From: Candidatus Poribacteria bacterium
Lineage (GTDB): Bacteria; Poribacteria; WGA-4E; PCPOR2b
Reading direction: 5' to 3'
Assembly (NCBI GenBank): GCA_965208325.1
Contig: OZ242326.1
Coordinates: 768,001 to 832,000, forward strand
Length of the DNA: 64,000 bases
Shown here piece by piece: positions 48,601 through 58,899 of the stretch (its first letter is position 1; each line of letters opens with the position of its first letter). The translations under genes were made by a program, and so were the position numbers. The notes below the pieces were generated by a model. That model searched no databases, was not told the DNA's origin, and saw nothing but the letters and a program-made list of their open reading frames with translations.

Positions 48601-48717
48601 TTAGTTCAGTTCAATTCCGATTACACTGCAGCTCAGATGAGCCACCATGATGAGGGTTAAGCACAGTAACATCAATAAGAATTTAACTACTTGACGATTC
48701 ACATTACGCGCAGGCAT
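48601..48717 (-). CDS. Unannotated 38-aa lipoprotein-like peptide (MPARNVNRQVVKFLLMLLCLTLIMVAHLSCSVIGIELN)
   Basis: AAGGA RBS; basic n-region, hydrophobic h-region, weak lipobox HLSC. Confidence 0.5.
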   Translation of the reverse strand: MPARNVNRQVVKFLLMLLCLTLIMVAHLSCSVIGIELN

Positions 48718-48783
48718 TGTTTGTCCTTACCATCGCGTTAAACGAGAGTAGGCGGTTGACCACGTGTGGGCAGCGTGCAATCA

Positions 48784-49023
48784 TTAATAAATTGTGCAGA
48801 CGCCGCCTGCGCAACTGCTGCCGGCTTTCTGAGTAATATCTCCGGCGACAGCGGATTCCTCGCTGGCTTCGAAATCCGCCAGCACTTCAGCGGTTTCATT
48901 TGCCGATGGTGAAAAGCCAACCTGAAACTGGCCAGTCGTTGTAAAGGTGGTGACACATCCCGAAATACTGATTGATGCCAAAATTGCAATAATAACGCAG
49001 CAATTCATCAAACGGGTAAGCAT
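48784..49023 (-). CDS. Small lipoprotein with C-terminal CAGGVC motif
   Basis: AAGGGG RBS; lipobox ISGC; acidic linker; ends SSCAGGVCTIY. Confidence 0.7.
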   Translation of the reverse strand: MLTRLMNCCVIIAILASISISGCVTTFTTTGQFQVGFSPSANETAEVLADFEASEESAVAGDITQKAGSSCAGGVCTIY

Positions 49024-49075
49024 GAAAGTAACCCCCTTATAACTACGTTTTTGCAGGATACGTGATTCTTAACGT

Positions 49076-50248
49076 TCATAACTTCACCTGCTGATAATCC
49101 ACTTCATCAAGGTTATTCGTGCCGAGTCCCAATCGCCATGAAGACCGAATGTATTTGGTAGATTGAGCAGGCTCTAACCCTTGCTCTTGGCGCTTCTCAT
49201 TTATCGTTTCCAACGCAATCTGGTCGACTGCAACTGGGTCGGGGCTTACCAGTAGACCTCCATATTTCCACACGCCGTTTGGATCATATACCGGTCCTCC
49301 ATTAAACGCGGCAAGCAATCCATCGGCGATATTTAACACGACCTTGTCTTGAATAACTGGGTGGGCAAATATTTCCCCAATTGCAGGGTCACAATTCAGC
49401 GGGTTTGAGTGGAACCTGGATGTATTGTCAACACTTCCAAATGCAAGGTTTTTCAAGCAGCCGCTAATCCCGGTAATCGCATGGTGTTTAATTACGGGGA
49501 CGTTAATGATTGCCGAAACCTTGTCGGTAAGAATCTTGGTGTACCTGGATGCAGTGCTGCCATTCTCGCGGCGAACTTCAACATCTTTTTCAGTTTCGTA
49601 GAAAATTTCGTCGTCATACCCGACACCGGTACTATCTGACGCCAAGCAACGCACGCCTTGGGTGCTCTGGTTGATTTTGTATCCGGCATTGACCAGGTGC
49701 GCTTCAAATCGATCCCAGACGATAACCTGATTGTTTAGAACACCGGCTTGGTAAAGTTGATCGACGATCGTATTGACAAGGATCTGATTCGTGCAGAGGC
49801 TTTTCCCGCCTATGGGATTAACCTTAATTCCGATAACGTCGTGGGGCAGCACAAACTCTCGCCACGCCTCCTTCACGGAATCTAGGCCTGTTAGCTTGAT
49901 CATTGCGCGACTGAGCATTTCTCCGACTATCTGTCCATTGAGCGAATCACCGTCCCACACCGTTTCGTCGATAACTTCAACCACGGGGGTTAAATCTTGT
50001 AAGGTGGATTCATCTAACGGAAGTTGGCCCTCTTGAGCGTAGGAAGGTTCATTTCTCTGAACTAGCGCGCCTAGCGCTAATCCACTACCAATCACTCCTT
50101 TTGCTGTCCGGGCAATAAAGCGGCGCCGATTCACCCGCTTGGTTTTCAAACCGGCTGAATACGACTCGCTGTCCCTCTCACGTGAAACGAGGCGGCAATC
50201 TTCAATTATCTGTTCTAGAATCGTATCGTTCGATGTCAGCTTCTCCAT
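49076..50248 (-). CDS. Tat-exported DUF362 domain protein
   Basis: NRRRFI twin-arginine motif; IGIKVN, INVPVIKHH..G..GCLKNLAFG and DPVAVD motifs; GGAGG RBS. Confidence 0.88.
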   Translation of the reverse strand: MEKLTSNDTILEQIIEDCRLVSRERDSESYSAGLKTKRVNRRRFIARTAKGVIGSGLALGALVQRNEPSYAQEGQLPLDESTLQDLTPVVEVIDETVWDGDSLNGQIVGEMLSRAMIKLTGLDSVKEAWREFVLPHDVIGIKVNPIGGKSLCTNQILVNTIVDQLYQAGVLNNQVIVWDRFEAHLVNAGYKINQSTQGVRCLASDSTGVGYDDEIFYETEKDVEVRRENGSTASRYTKILTDKVSAIINVPVIKHHAITGISGCLKNLAFGSVDNTSRFHSNPLNCDPAIGEIFAHPVIQDKVVLNIADGLLAAFNGGPVYDPNGVWKYGGLLVSPDPVAVDQIALETINEKRQEQGLEPAQSTKYIRSSWRLGLGTNNLDEVDYQQVKL

Positions 50249-50776
50249 CGGCCAAGCAACTTCCTCCTATACTCGCGGCTCATTCCGGTATGTCATTCAA
50301 TCGTCTTTGAACAAGGGGTTGTAGTTTTCTCAATTCATCAAGAATGGTGAAGGTAGAAATAGAATTGCCAATCCGAATATCGCCTGACTTCCATCTAACG
50401 ATTGTTGTTTTGACAAATAATATAGGCATTGCGACCAATACGTCTAATACACCGATTTCATTGATTGGTTTGTGGGAGAGGCTGCCTAGCCGCGATTAAA
50501 AATCAGTCGATTGCTCTTTGTGTGAATGTGAACCGCAATCGTTATAGCTTTCAATCCACAACTTCATCCCACACCGTTAATAATACGAAAAGGTGCTCCG
50601 CCGCGCGCCAGAATTCCCGTGTAAAACAGCGGTTTTATTGCTTAATGTAAATGTACATAACATCGCAATCCAGAATGTCAATACGGACGATGGGCAGCGG
50701 TGTGTAAAGGAGTTACATAAGAATCCACACAATCTCCCCAGATATCAAGATAACATGCCTGCCGCCCTACCTCACA

Positions 50777-51619
50777 TTAAATCTGCACGAATTCAGGTTC
50801 TACAGAATCTGAAATTATACCAGATTCGTAACCACGGCGCAGCAGTTCTTTGGCTCCAGCTCTACCCTTAACGCCGAAGTCAAGCGTGTAGTCATTCACA
50901 AACATACCAACAAATTTATCCGCAAGTTCCATTTCCATATCACGTGCATATGTCATTGAATACGCCAATCCCTGCTCACGGTGTTCGAGCGCGTATCGAA
51001 TGCTATGTTTTAGGAGCGACGCAAATTTATGTATCCTTTCTTCTCCGATATCTCGGCGGACGGCATAAGCCCCAACCGGAAGCGGTAATCCCGATTCTTC
51101 ATACCACCATTCCCCCAAATCAACAACTTTACACAGACCCGCATGCGCATAAGTTAACAAACCTTCGTGGATAATTAACCCGGCATCTGTCCGCCCGTCG
51201 TTTACGTATTCCGCTATCTTATCAAACGGGACAAACTCAGGTTGGCATTCCGGTTGGAAAAGACGCAGTGTCAAATAAGCAGTTGTCATCTTTCCGGGAA
51301 TTGCGACCGTCTTGCCCGCTAGCGCTTCTTGAGACATCGGCTCTTTAGAGACCACAAGCGGACCAAATCGATCTCCAACGCTTCCGCCGCAAGGGGTCAA
51401 AATGTAGTTGTCTGCAACATAAGGGTAAGCGTGAACAGAAATAGCTGTAACCTCTAGTTCCGCGTTGAGCGCACGGTGATTTAAACTCTCAATATCTTCA
51501 ACGACAAACTCAATCTCAAGATTATTGGTAGGTATGTGCCCTTCGGCGAGGGCATAAAACATAAAGGCGTCATCAGAACCTGAATTGTGACCAATTCGTA
51601 TTTTTTCGGTGTGCGGCAT
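50777..51619 (-). CDS. mqnD: 1,4-dihydroxy-6-naphthoate synthase (futalosine menaquinone pathway)
   Basis: DDAFMFYAL, DIESLN, PGKMTTA, IIHEG, DLGEWW..GLPLP and FVNDYT motifs. Confidence 0.9.
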   Translation of the reverse strand: MPHTEKIRIGHNSGSDDAFMFYALAEGHIPTNNLEIEFVVEDIESLNHRALNAELEVTAISVHAYPYVADNYILTPCGGSVGDRFGPLVVSKEPMSQEALAGKTVAIPGKMTTAYLTLRLFQPECQPEFVPFDKIAEYVNDGRTDAGLIIHEGLLTYAHAGLCKVVDLGEWWYEESGLPLPVGAYAVRRDIGEERIHKFASLLKHSIRYALEHREQGLAYSMTYARDMEMELADKFVGMFVNDYTLDFGVKGRAGAKELLRRGYESGIISDSVEPEFVQI

Positions 51620-51696
51620 TGCTTTCTCCTAAGACCATTCAAAATCGCATTTGTTGACTATAATTGACGTTGCTCGCTTTGAGCAAAACTGTGCAA

Positions 51697-51725
51697 ATTA
51701 TAGCAGACTGAAAGAGTCAAGTCAA
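51697..51725 (-). promoter_or_regulatory. Sigma70 promoter of mqnD
   Basis: TTGACT-17 bp-TATAAT with extended TG. Confidence 0.65.
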
Positions 51726-52203
51726 GGCTTGGCTAAACCGGAAGGCTCGCAATCGAGGAAAAGATCGATCTATTCCTCAGCCTGAATTAGGCAATTGTTT
51801 AAGCGCGGTTAGATTAGGGGTTTTGTGCTCAAGTATGAAACCGCACCTACCCTTAAGCGGTCATTCTGTGCAAACTATGCCCCTCTCGGATGAATTCGTT
51901 ACACTTCCCATACAAAAATGAGTTCAGAATACCTGAGATGGTAGATTAGCGTGAGAATTTGAGGGCGGATTGGGTTGCCCGAAGGACTTACGCCGTTATC
52001 AACAAATTGCTAATCTAACATAACATGGACACTGCCGTTTTTTGAACCTGCGCTTGTTCGCGATTCGTTAATGAGTATGTGGACAGTGTTGCAAATATTT
52101 CTGTTAACTGAACCGCAATCCACTCAGAAGGATCGAGGAAACAGAAGATGGCCACCATAGCGTTCCAATAAAGGTACGAATCGTCAACAACAGCGGCATT
52201 TTT

Positions 52204-53475
52204 ATGAAAAATATTGAAAATTCATCTCAACCTCATGAAAAACACAACTTCACTGTATTTGTTGTGAATCAGGTATTGGGGCGCATTGGCTGGATATTTA
52301 AGAACGAAACTGTAATCATCCCGCGATTCTTCGATTTTCACAGCTCGTTGGGCGTCATGCGTGGGTTGCTCCCACTAATCATTGGAGTCGGGCAAAGTTT
52401 GCCGCAGTTTCTCATTGCATACCCTGTTTCAAAGATGACTAGAAAAAAGGGCGTGTTCACACTTTCTGCATTTGGCATCGCCATCCCTTGGTTTATTTTG
52501 GCGGTGATATTAGAATGGACAGATTACGCTGGACCTGCCATCATTGGTTTTTTTTTGGTTTCGCACTCACTAAGCTGGTTAATGCAGGGCTGCAATGGCC
52601 TTGCGGTGGGCGTCCTGCAGGGAAAGCTAATTCGTATCGATCAACGTGGTCGGCTTTTAGCTTATGACAACAGTATCGGGTGTCTCCTCGCAATCGCTGC
52701 TTTTTGGCTGGTCATGCCGTATTGGCTTAGAGAAGGAAATACAAACTATGTGTGGATATTCGGCACCGCCGGGTGCTTCTTCGGTCTATCCGCATGCGCC
52801 AGTTTCTATTTTCGGGAAACGCCTGATTGGTATTCTTGGGATTCTGCCGATTCATCGGCTTCTCCCACTCTTTCAAAGTTTCTTGGTTCCGGATTGATGC
52901 TAATACGATATGACCGAAACATTCAAATATTGGCGATTGTTATCATGTTGTTCTATTTTGCTCGGGTGCTTGTCCCGCACTACACGGTATTTGGGATGCG
53001 GAGATTAGGGTTGGCACCAGAGAATTTTTTCACAATAATCACGGTACAGAATATCGCAAACGCGCTCGGTTATTGGGCGATAGGTAACATAGCCGACCGA
53101 AGAGGCAACCGAATCGTGTTGCGCATGGTAATATTCATTGGTGCTTTTGCCCCGTTCGTAGCAATTGTTATCAGCCGGTTGCCCAATGGAGCGGACTTGT
53201 ATTGGTTTGTGTACGCTTTTCTGGGATTCTTTCCGACATCGTACCGTGTTGTGATGAACTATACGCTTGAGATCGCGCCGCGTGAAAGGCACGCACAATA
53301 TTTGGGAGTGATAAATCTAATTCAAGCTTGCTCGCTGATTGCATCGCCGTTGATTGGACTATTAATTGATGGATTCTCTTTTGAACCGGTATTTATCTCC
53401 TGCGGCATATTGGCGCTTTCGGCGGCATTGCTGACTTTCCGGATGACGGACCCCAGGCACTCTCGTTTTCTTTAG
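52204..53475 (+). CDS. MFS transporter
   Basis: About 12 TMs; GNIADRRGNR loop motif; RGR and LEIAP motifs. Confidence 0.88.
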   Translation: MKNIENSSQPHEKHNFTVFVVNQVLGRIGWIFKNETVIIPRFFDFHSSLGVMRGLLPLIIGVGQSLPQFLIAYPVSKMTRKKGVFTLSAFGIAIPWFILAVILEWTDYAGPAIIGFFLVSHSLSWLMQGCNGLAVGVLQGKLIRIDQRGRLLAYDNSIGCLLAIAAFWLVMPYWLREGNTNYVWIFGTAGCFFGLSACASFYFRETPDWYSWDSADSSASPTLSKFLGSGLMLIRYDRNIQILAIVIMLFYFARVLVPHYTVFGMRRLGLAPENFFTIITVQNIANALGYWAIGNIADRRGNRIVLRMVIFIGAFAPFVAIVISRLPNGADLYWFVYAFLGFFPTSYRVVMNYTLEIAPRERHAQYLGVINLIQACSLIASPLIGLLIDGFSFEPVFISCGILALSAALLTFRMTDPRHSRFL

Positions 53476-54075
53476 TCAAAATAATTCTTGCAATGCCTTT
53501 TCATAAATTGCTTTTTCGCCCTGCGCCCCGTCAAACACTTGCACGACTCTACCAACGCGATTAATGAGGTACGCAGAAGGTATAGCTGTAAGTTTGTATT
53601 CCTCGACAATACCGGGCTCAGCCAGCAGAATGGTATAGTTTACCCCCAGTCTCTCAATGAATGGTTTTACGACTTCAAGCCCCTCTTCATCAAGAGAAAT
53701 ACCGAGCATCTCAAACCCTTGCGCGCGATATCGGTCGTAGAGTTCGACGAAAATGGGAATCTCCTCTTCGCACGGTTTACACCAGGTTGCCCAGAAATCC
53801 AAAAGGACGATTTTACCCTCATAGTCCGAAAGGCTGACTTCTTCAAACTCGGTGCTTGCCAAAGTAAAAGCGGGAGCAAGCGGAAAAGATTCGTCAACGG
53901 CGAGTCCGGGCTCCATCGTGTCGTCACCATTAACCGCATTACCATTTGTCATTTTTTCATCATCCGGGTCCACTACCTTGTCCGTATCAGAACAACCCAT
54001 AACCACTAGAACCCAGAGAACCAGAGAGAAAATACTCAACAATCTTGAACACATGCGTCGCCTCCCAATAAGCAT
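53476..54075 (-). CDS. TlpA/ResA-like thiol-disulfide oxidoreductase lipoprotein
   Basis: Lipobox VMGC; LLDFWATWCKPC; cis-Pro AIP. Confidence 0.92.
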   Translation of the reverse strand: MLIGRRRMCSRLLSIFSLVLWVLVVMGCSDTDKVVDPDDEKMTNGNAVNGDDTMEPGLAVDESFPLAPAFTLASTEFEEVSLSDYEGKIVLLDFWATWCKPCEEEIPIFVELYDRYRAQGFEMLGISLDEEGLEVVKPFIERLGVNYTILLAEPGIVEEYKLTAIPSAYLINRVGRVVQVFDGAQGEKAIYEKALQELF

Positions 54076-54188
54076 TTCTACTTGTTAAATTATATCCCCA
54101 AAGATGCTAAGATTACGACATTTTATTTGGATGCAAAACAGGGACTTGATTCACCGGTAAAACTAACGCCTCCCAATTCAAGACCCGC

Positions 54189-55127
54189 TTACCCACGTAA
54201 CCGTAATATGGTCCCATTTGCTCCGACAATCCAGCCTCGATTCTTATAGAGGCAAATATCAAGCAGGTTTTGTTTTGCGATGTTCGGTTGCGGTGCCCAA
54301 ATTTGTCCACCATCGGTTGTGTGCAATATCAATCCATGTTCTCCCACGGCCCATCCCTTTCGATCATTGTGAAACGCGACAGCCCGTAAAGATTTCCTAG
54401 TATTGCTTTTTTGCAGCGTCCAGGTCGCTCCACCATCCACCGTGTTCAATATCAAGCCGTTCACGCCGACAATCCACCCGTTCTGCACATCGGCAAAAAA
54501 GACACTGAACAGTGGTTCTTCCGTGTTGCTCTCCTGTTCGCGCCAGGATGCGCCGCCGTTTGACGTAAAAGCGACTTTGCCTTGCTCTCCGACGATCCAT
54601 CCATTCTGATCGTCAACAAAATTCACCGCCCATGCGTGCACGCCCGTCGGCGATTGCTGATTTTCCCACCGACGTCCGCCGTTGTTCGTGTAGAGAATAG
54701 TACCACTGCCTCCAACTGTCCAACCTTCAGCCGGACTTACGAAGTAGAGGTCCAACAAACCAGCCTGCTTGGCATTGGCTTGTCTTGTCCAAGTCTTGCC
54801 GCCGCTTGCTGTATAGAAAATTTGTCCCACTGCATTGACAACCCAGCCGTGGGTTGAGCTTGTAAAATGCACGTTATTAATTACAGATTTGGAATTTGCG
54901 TCGTTAACCGGCCGAATTGCCCACGTCGCGCCGCCGTCCGTGGTGGCTAAAACCACACTGTCCGCACCGACTGCCCATCCTCTCTGGTTATCCACAAAAT
55001 GGACACCATATAAGTGAGCATCTGTTCCCGATTCAGCGAATTCCCAACGAATTCCCGTTTTATCTCGATCGCAAGCGGTATGGACGATTATACCAGTCAA
55101 CACTATCAATGCCGCGCAATGTTTCAT
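54189..55127 (-). CDS. YCF48-like beta-propeller lipoprotein
   Basis: Repeated GWxVG..G.I..TxDGGxxW units; HTAC lipobox; GAGGAGG RBS. Confidence 0.9.
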   Translation of the reverse strand: MKHCAALIVLTGIIVHTACDRDKTGIRWEFAESGTDAHLYGVHFVDNQRGWAVGADSVVLATTDGGATWAIRPVNDANSKSVINNVHFTSSTHGWVVNAVGQIFYTASGGKTWTRQANAKQAGLLDLYFVSPAEGWTVGGSGTILYTNNGGRRWENQQSPTGVHAWAVNFVDDQNGWIVGEQGKVAFTSNGGASWREQESNTEEPLFSVFFADVQNGWIVGVNGLILNTVDGGATWTLQKSNTRKSLRAVAFHNDRKGWAVGEHGLILHTTDGGQIWAPQPNIAKQNLLDICLYKNRGWIVGANGTILRLRG

Positions 55128-55311
55128 CTAGTTTTGCCTCCTCGGCCATTTTTCTTAAATTGTTCCGATTAGATGTACAAATTAACTGGCAAATTAAGCA
55201 GTGGCTTTGCGCGAGCTCATCCAGGACACCATAGACCTTATCTTTTTGTTACGAGTTCGCGCAAAATGATTCGAGAAAAACAAGTCAGCAGTCAGGAAAC
55301 TGGAATTTGTG

Positions 55312-55340
55312 TTGACAAACCAACTTGCGTATGCTATGCT
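55312..55340 (+). promoter_or_regulatory. Sigma70 promoter
   Basis: TTGACA-17 bp-TATGCT with extended TG. Confidence 0.7.
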
Positions 55341-55346
55341 ATCACC

Positions 55347-55487
55347 ATCTCAATAAGCGAAAGGGGGTGATCATTCTGTCATTTAGCGGAATGGTCAAGG
55401 GAGGTGCGGCCTCTTGAGGGGCCGTCCCTCCCTTGACTATTAATCCAGCTACAAGGCGGGGCTAATTTTTAGCCCCGCTTTTTATTT
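55347..55487 (+). ncRNA. Candidate ~140-nt structured small RNA or leader upstream of dapB
   Basis: Bounded by promoter and intrinsic terminator; GAAAGGGGGTGATC at 55359-55372; long hairpin 55390-55440. Confidence 0.5.
55456..55487 (+). terminator. Intrinsic terminator
   Basis: gcggggctaa-ttt-ttagccccgc followed by tttttattt. Confidence 0.85.
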
Positions 55488-55583
55488 CGAGTTACACATA
55501 ACGGCAATTACGCCACGCTTCAAAAATGTTGAAAGCATGATTGGGTAAACATCTCATCACGTATGGACAAGGAAGAACGCAAG

Positions 55584-56381
55584 ATGATTCGCGTAATTAT
55601 AGATGGTGTGTGTGGACGAATGGGCAAACTGCTGGCGCAGGGTGTGACCCGGCACAAGGACATGCAACTTGTCGGTTCGGTAGAATTTGCCGGACACCCC
55701 AATGTCGGTGAAGATGCTGGCGAGAAGTTGGGAATAGGGTGGCTCGGCGTACCCATAAGCGGGAACCTTTCTGAAGTTGTCAGTGACAGCGATGTTGTCA
55801 TCGAATTTACCAAACCTGAAGCGACCCTTAATAACCTCCGAACAGTAGTTGAAGCAAACCGGGCGATGGTAATTGGAACAACCGGTTTTACGGTCAATCA
55901 ACTCGCCGAAATACAAGCAATAGCGGCGGCAATCCGCTGTGTGATGGCGCCAAATATGAGTGTCGGCGTCAATGTAATGTTACAAGCGATTCAGCTAGTC
56001 GCAAAGGCGCTCGGTGATGATTACGATGTTGAGGTCATTGAGGCGCACCATAACCAAAAGGTAGACGCTCCAAGCGGGACAGCGATTCGCATCGCAGAAA
56101 CCCTATCCGCCACTCTTGACAGAAGTCTACCCGAAGCGGCAGTTTACGGCCGCCATGGGATTATTGGGGAGCGTACAGAAAAGGAGATTGGGATACACGC
56201 CATTCGAGGCGGGGATATCGCTGGCGACCACACAGTACTCTTCGCTGGAGCAGGCGAGCGAATTGAAATTGTGCATCGCGCACACACGGCCGAAGCTTTT
56301 GCGAAAGGGGCAATCCGTGCAGCAAGGTGGGTCGTAGCGGCACCGCCGGGATTGCACGATATTGGTGAAGTATTGTTTTGA
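55584..56381 (+). CDS. dapB: 4-hydroxy-tetrahydrodipicolinate reductase
   Basis: GRMG, GTTG, APNMSVG and EAHHNQKVDAPSGTA motifs. Confidence 0.97.
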   Translation: MIRVIIDGVCGRMGKLLAQGVTRHKDMQLVGSVEFAGHPNVGEDAGEKLGIGWLGVPISGNLSEVVSDSDVVIEFTKPEATLNNLRTVVEANRAMVIGTTGFTVNQLAEIQAIAAAIRCVMAPNMSVGVNVMLQAIQLVAKALGDDYDVEVIEAHHNQKVDAPSGTAIRIAETLSATLDRSLPEAAVYGRHGIIGERTEKEIGIHAIRGGDIAGDHTVLFAGAGERIEIVHRAHTAEAFAKGAIRAARWVVAAPPGLHDIGEVLF

Positions 56382-56414
56382 CAAACAAATGGTTGAGTGA
56401 CATGTTTTACGACT

Positions 56415-57122
56415 TCAACTGGGGTCAATCATTTTGGGGTTTGGAGGTGACGATTTTACACCTTTCTGCAGATGTTCCTGTTTATCCCGTAATTTTGCGA
56501 TTGAGTGCATAATAAGTTCTCCGATACGCCGCTGAGCTTCTCGTCTGTCCACAATTCCGAGAATCTTTTTGAAATCTATGGGCTGACCAAATGTAACGGA
56601 AAGTTTCGCCGGTTTCAACCATTTCGCATCGCGGGGCATCATCTGTTCCGCCCCCTTAAGAAAGACAGGAATTGTAGGGACATTAGCGCGATAAGCGATG
56701 AAACTCGCACCACCGAGCGCCTTGCCCAAGACGCCGCCAACACCGCGTGTACCTTCGGGAAAGATGAGAACGGCCTTGCCCATCTTCAAAAGTGACAACG
56801 TGTGTTTGAGAGCGGCTCGATCGGCTGCCCCTCGATGCACAGGGTAAGCATTTAGCGCGGTAATTAGCCAACTTAGTCCCGGAATCCTAAACACGTCGTG
56901 CCTAGCCATATAATGGAGTTCTCGGTTGGCAGCAGTTCCAATAATGACAGGGTCGGGGAGGCTAACGTGATTCGACACCAAAAGAACGCCGCCTTGCATC
57001 GGAACATTCTCACTGCCGTAGGATTCAAGTTTTCCCAAGGCATTGAAGAAAAATGTGGTTATTCGGTGTGACCGACGGTACACAGGTTGATCTGACCGAA
57101 AGCTGTATTTCCGCCGTTGCAT
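56415..57122 (-). CDS. plsC: 1-acyl-sn-glycerol-3-phosphate acyltransferase
   Basis: NHVSLPD (HxxxxD) and FPEGTR motifs. Confidence 0.92.
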   Translation of the reverse strand: MQRRKYSFRSDQPVYRRSHRITTFFFNALGKLESYGSENVPMQGGVLLVSNHVSLPDPVIIGTAANRELHYMARHDVFRIPGLSWLITALNAYPVHRGAADRAALKHTLSLLKMGKAVLIFPEGTRGVGGVLGKALGGASFIAYRANVPTIPVFLKGAEQMMPRDAKWLKPAKLSVTFGQPIDFKKILGIVDRREAQRRIGELIMHSIAKLRDKQEHLQKGVKSSPPNPKMIDPS

Positions 57123-57796
57123 TATAGACCTCGAATTCGCCCTAGTACAAAATCAACGACTTGATCGATGGTCATATCGGTTGTGTTGACAACGATAGCA
57201 TCTTCGGCAGTTCGAAGGGGGCTATGTTCACGGGAGCAATCCTTGGTATCCCGGTCACAAATTTCCTCTTGTATCCCGTTTAGCGTAGCATCAATCCCTT
57301 TAGCTTGCAGTTCAGCAAACCGTCGTCTTGCACGTGCTTCAACCGAGGCGGTCAAAAAAAATTTGTAGTCCGCATTCGGGAACACAACTGTAGTAACGTC
57401 GCGACCCTCCGCGACAATCGAAATATCCGCACCAATTCTGCGCTGCTGTTTGACAATTTCTTGACGCAATTCGGGGATCTTTGAAACATCGGATACCACA
57501 CTGTTAATTTCTGGCGTTCGAATTGCATCTGAGACATCCTCGCCATCAAGCAATGCAATCTTTCCGTTCTCAGCGAAATTGATTTTACACGATTTCACCA
57601 GCCTTATTAACTCCGGTACATTTGCCCAATCTACCCCAGTGCGAATTGAATGCAGGGTCACCGAGCGGTACATCGCACCGGAATCAAGGTAGAGACAATT
57701 CAATTTTTCAGCGAGGCGTCGAGCAACTGTGCTCTTGCCTGAGCCAGCAGGTCCATCAATTGCAACCGTCAAGTGTTTGATTGTCTTACCTCCCAA
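57122..57796 (-). CDS. cmk: Cytidylate kinase
   Basis: IDGPAGSGKST, DSGAMYR, EGRD and RD..D..R..SPL motifs. Confidence 0.97.
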   Translation of the reverse strand: MGGKTIKHLTVAIDGPAGSGKSTVARRLAEKLNCLYLDSGAMYRSVTLHSIRTGVDWANVPELIRLVKSCKINFAENGKIALLDGEDVSDAIRTPEINSVVSDVSKIPELRQEIVKQQRRIGADISIVAEGRDVTTVVFPNADYKFFLTASVEARARRRFAELQAKGIDATLNGIQEEICDRDTKDCSREHSPLRTAEDAIVVNTTDMTIDQVVDFVLGRIRGL

Positions 57797-58689
57797 GCGT
57801 CCCGAATGGATTTGGACGCTATTAGGATACGTTCAATCTCACCTGCGTCGCCATTTTCGAGGAGCGATTTAAATTGGGCAAGGTTCTCAATGACGGTATC
57901 AATCATCGGTTGCAGTGCAGGGGCGTTTTGCATAAAAATGCCTCTCCAAATCTCCGGCGAACCCGATGCAATACGTGTAGTGTCACGGAAACCGCTTGCT
58001 GCGTAGTCCGATGCACAAACTGAATCACCTTCTATTTCCGCCACCGTCTTCGTCAAAATTGACGCAATCAGGTGTGGAAGATGGCTGGCGCCTGCGATGA
58101 GATGGTCGTGCAGATTTGGATCGAGCAGATGTACATTTGCCCCAACAAACTTCCATAGTTCGACAACACATGCTAACGCCTGTGAATCGGTGTTCTCAGT
58201 TGGGGTTACGATGCATTTCGCTCCATTGAATAGATCGGCACGCGCCGCAGCGACTCCAGTTTTTTCCGATCCTGCCATTGGATGGGATCCGACGAATTGC
58301 ACGCATTTAGATTTTTCGACTTGCAGGAAACTATTGACTTCTTTAATGATCTGCCCTTTGACGCCAGCGACATCGGTGACACACAAGGTGGCTGCGTCAT
58401 CCCTGACACGCTTGGCGCAGTCTGAGATACGCCGCACGGTATCGGATACACAATCCACCGGAGTCCCAATGATGACCAAATCTGTTTCACGGATGGCTGT
58501 AGAGATTTCTGTTGTAGCACGGTCAATGGCGTTGTATTGGAGAGCGACTTCTAGTGTGCTCATCCGCCTTCCGAGCCCGGTGATTGTTCCTCGGAATCCT
58601 CTGGCTTTCAAGGCCAATCCGAGTGAGCCGCCAATCAGGCCGGCGCCAAAGATTGTAATATTTCGAATCTTCCGAAAGTCATCAGCCAT
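57769..58689 (-). CDS. tyrA: Prephenate/arogenate dehydrogenase
   Basis: GAGLIGGS, HPMAGSE, HD..SHLPH and GFRDTTRIA motifs. Confidence 0.95.
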   Translation of the reverse strand: MADDFRKIRNITIFGAGLIGGSLGLALKARGFRGTITGLGRRMSTLEVALQYNAIDRATTEISTAIRETDLVIIGTPVDCVSDTVRRISDCAKRVRDDAATLCVTDVAGVKGQIIKEVNSFLQVEKSKCVQFVGSHPMAGSEKTGVAAARADLFNGAKCIVTPTENTDSQALACVVELWKFVGANVHLLDPNLHDHLIAGASHLPHLIASILTKTVAEIEGDSVCASDYAASGFRDTTRIASGSPEIWRGIFMQNAPALQPMIDTVIENLAQFKSLLENGDAGEIERILIASKSIRDAWEVRQSNT

Positions 58690-58870
58690 ATTATGCGTAG
58701 GTGTTTTGACCTGTCAACTGGGCGGGTCTGTGTAAAGACAAACCAGCAATTTCTCGGGAGATCGGTTTCCTTCCTGCTGTAAGAAGTCCTGAAATCAACG
58801 CGCTTGAATGAGTCCATCTCAAGCTGCAGCGTCAAAACTAAAACTCTTATAGATTGTTACTGGTGCTGGC

Positions 58871-58899
58871 ATTATATCATTCTGGTGATACCGTGTCAA
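58871..58899 (-). promoter_or_regulatory. Consensus sigma70 promoter of tyrA-cmk-plsC
   Basis: TTGACA-17 bp-TATAAT with extended TG. Confidence 0.8.

Noticed and set aside
55347..55487. Lysine riboswitch upstream of dapB
   Set aside because: Too short and lacks the five-way junction organisation; only a partial GAGGTGC resemblance.
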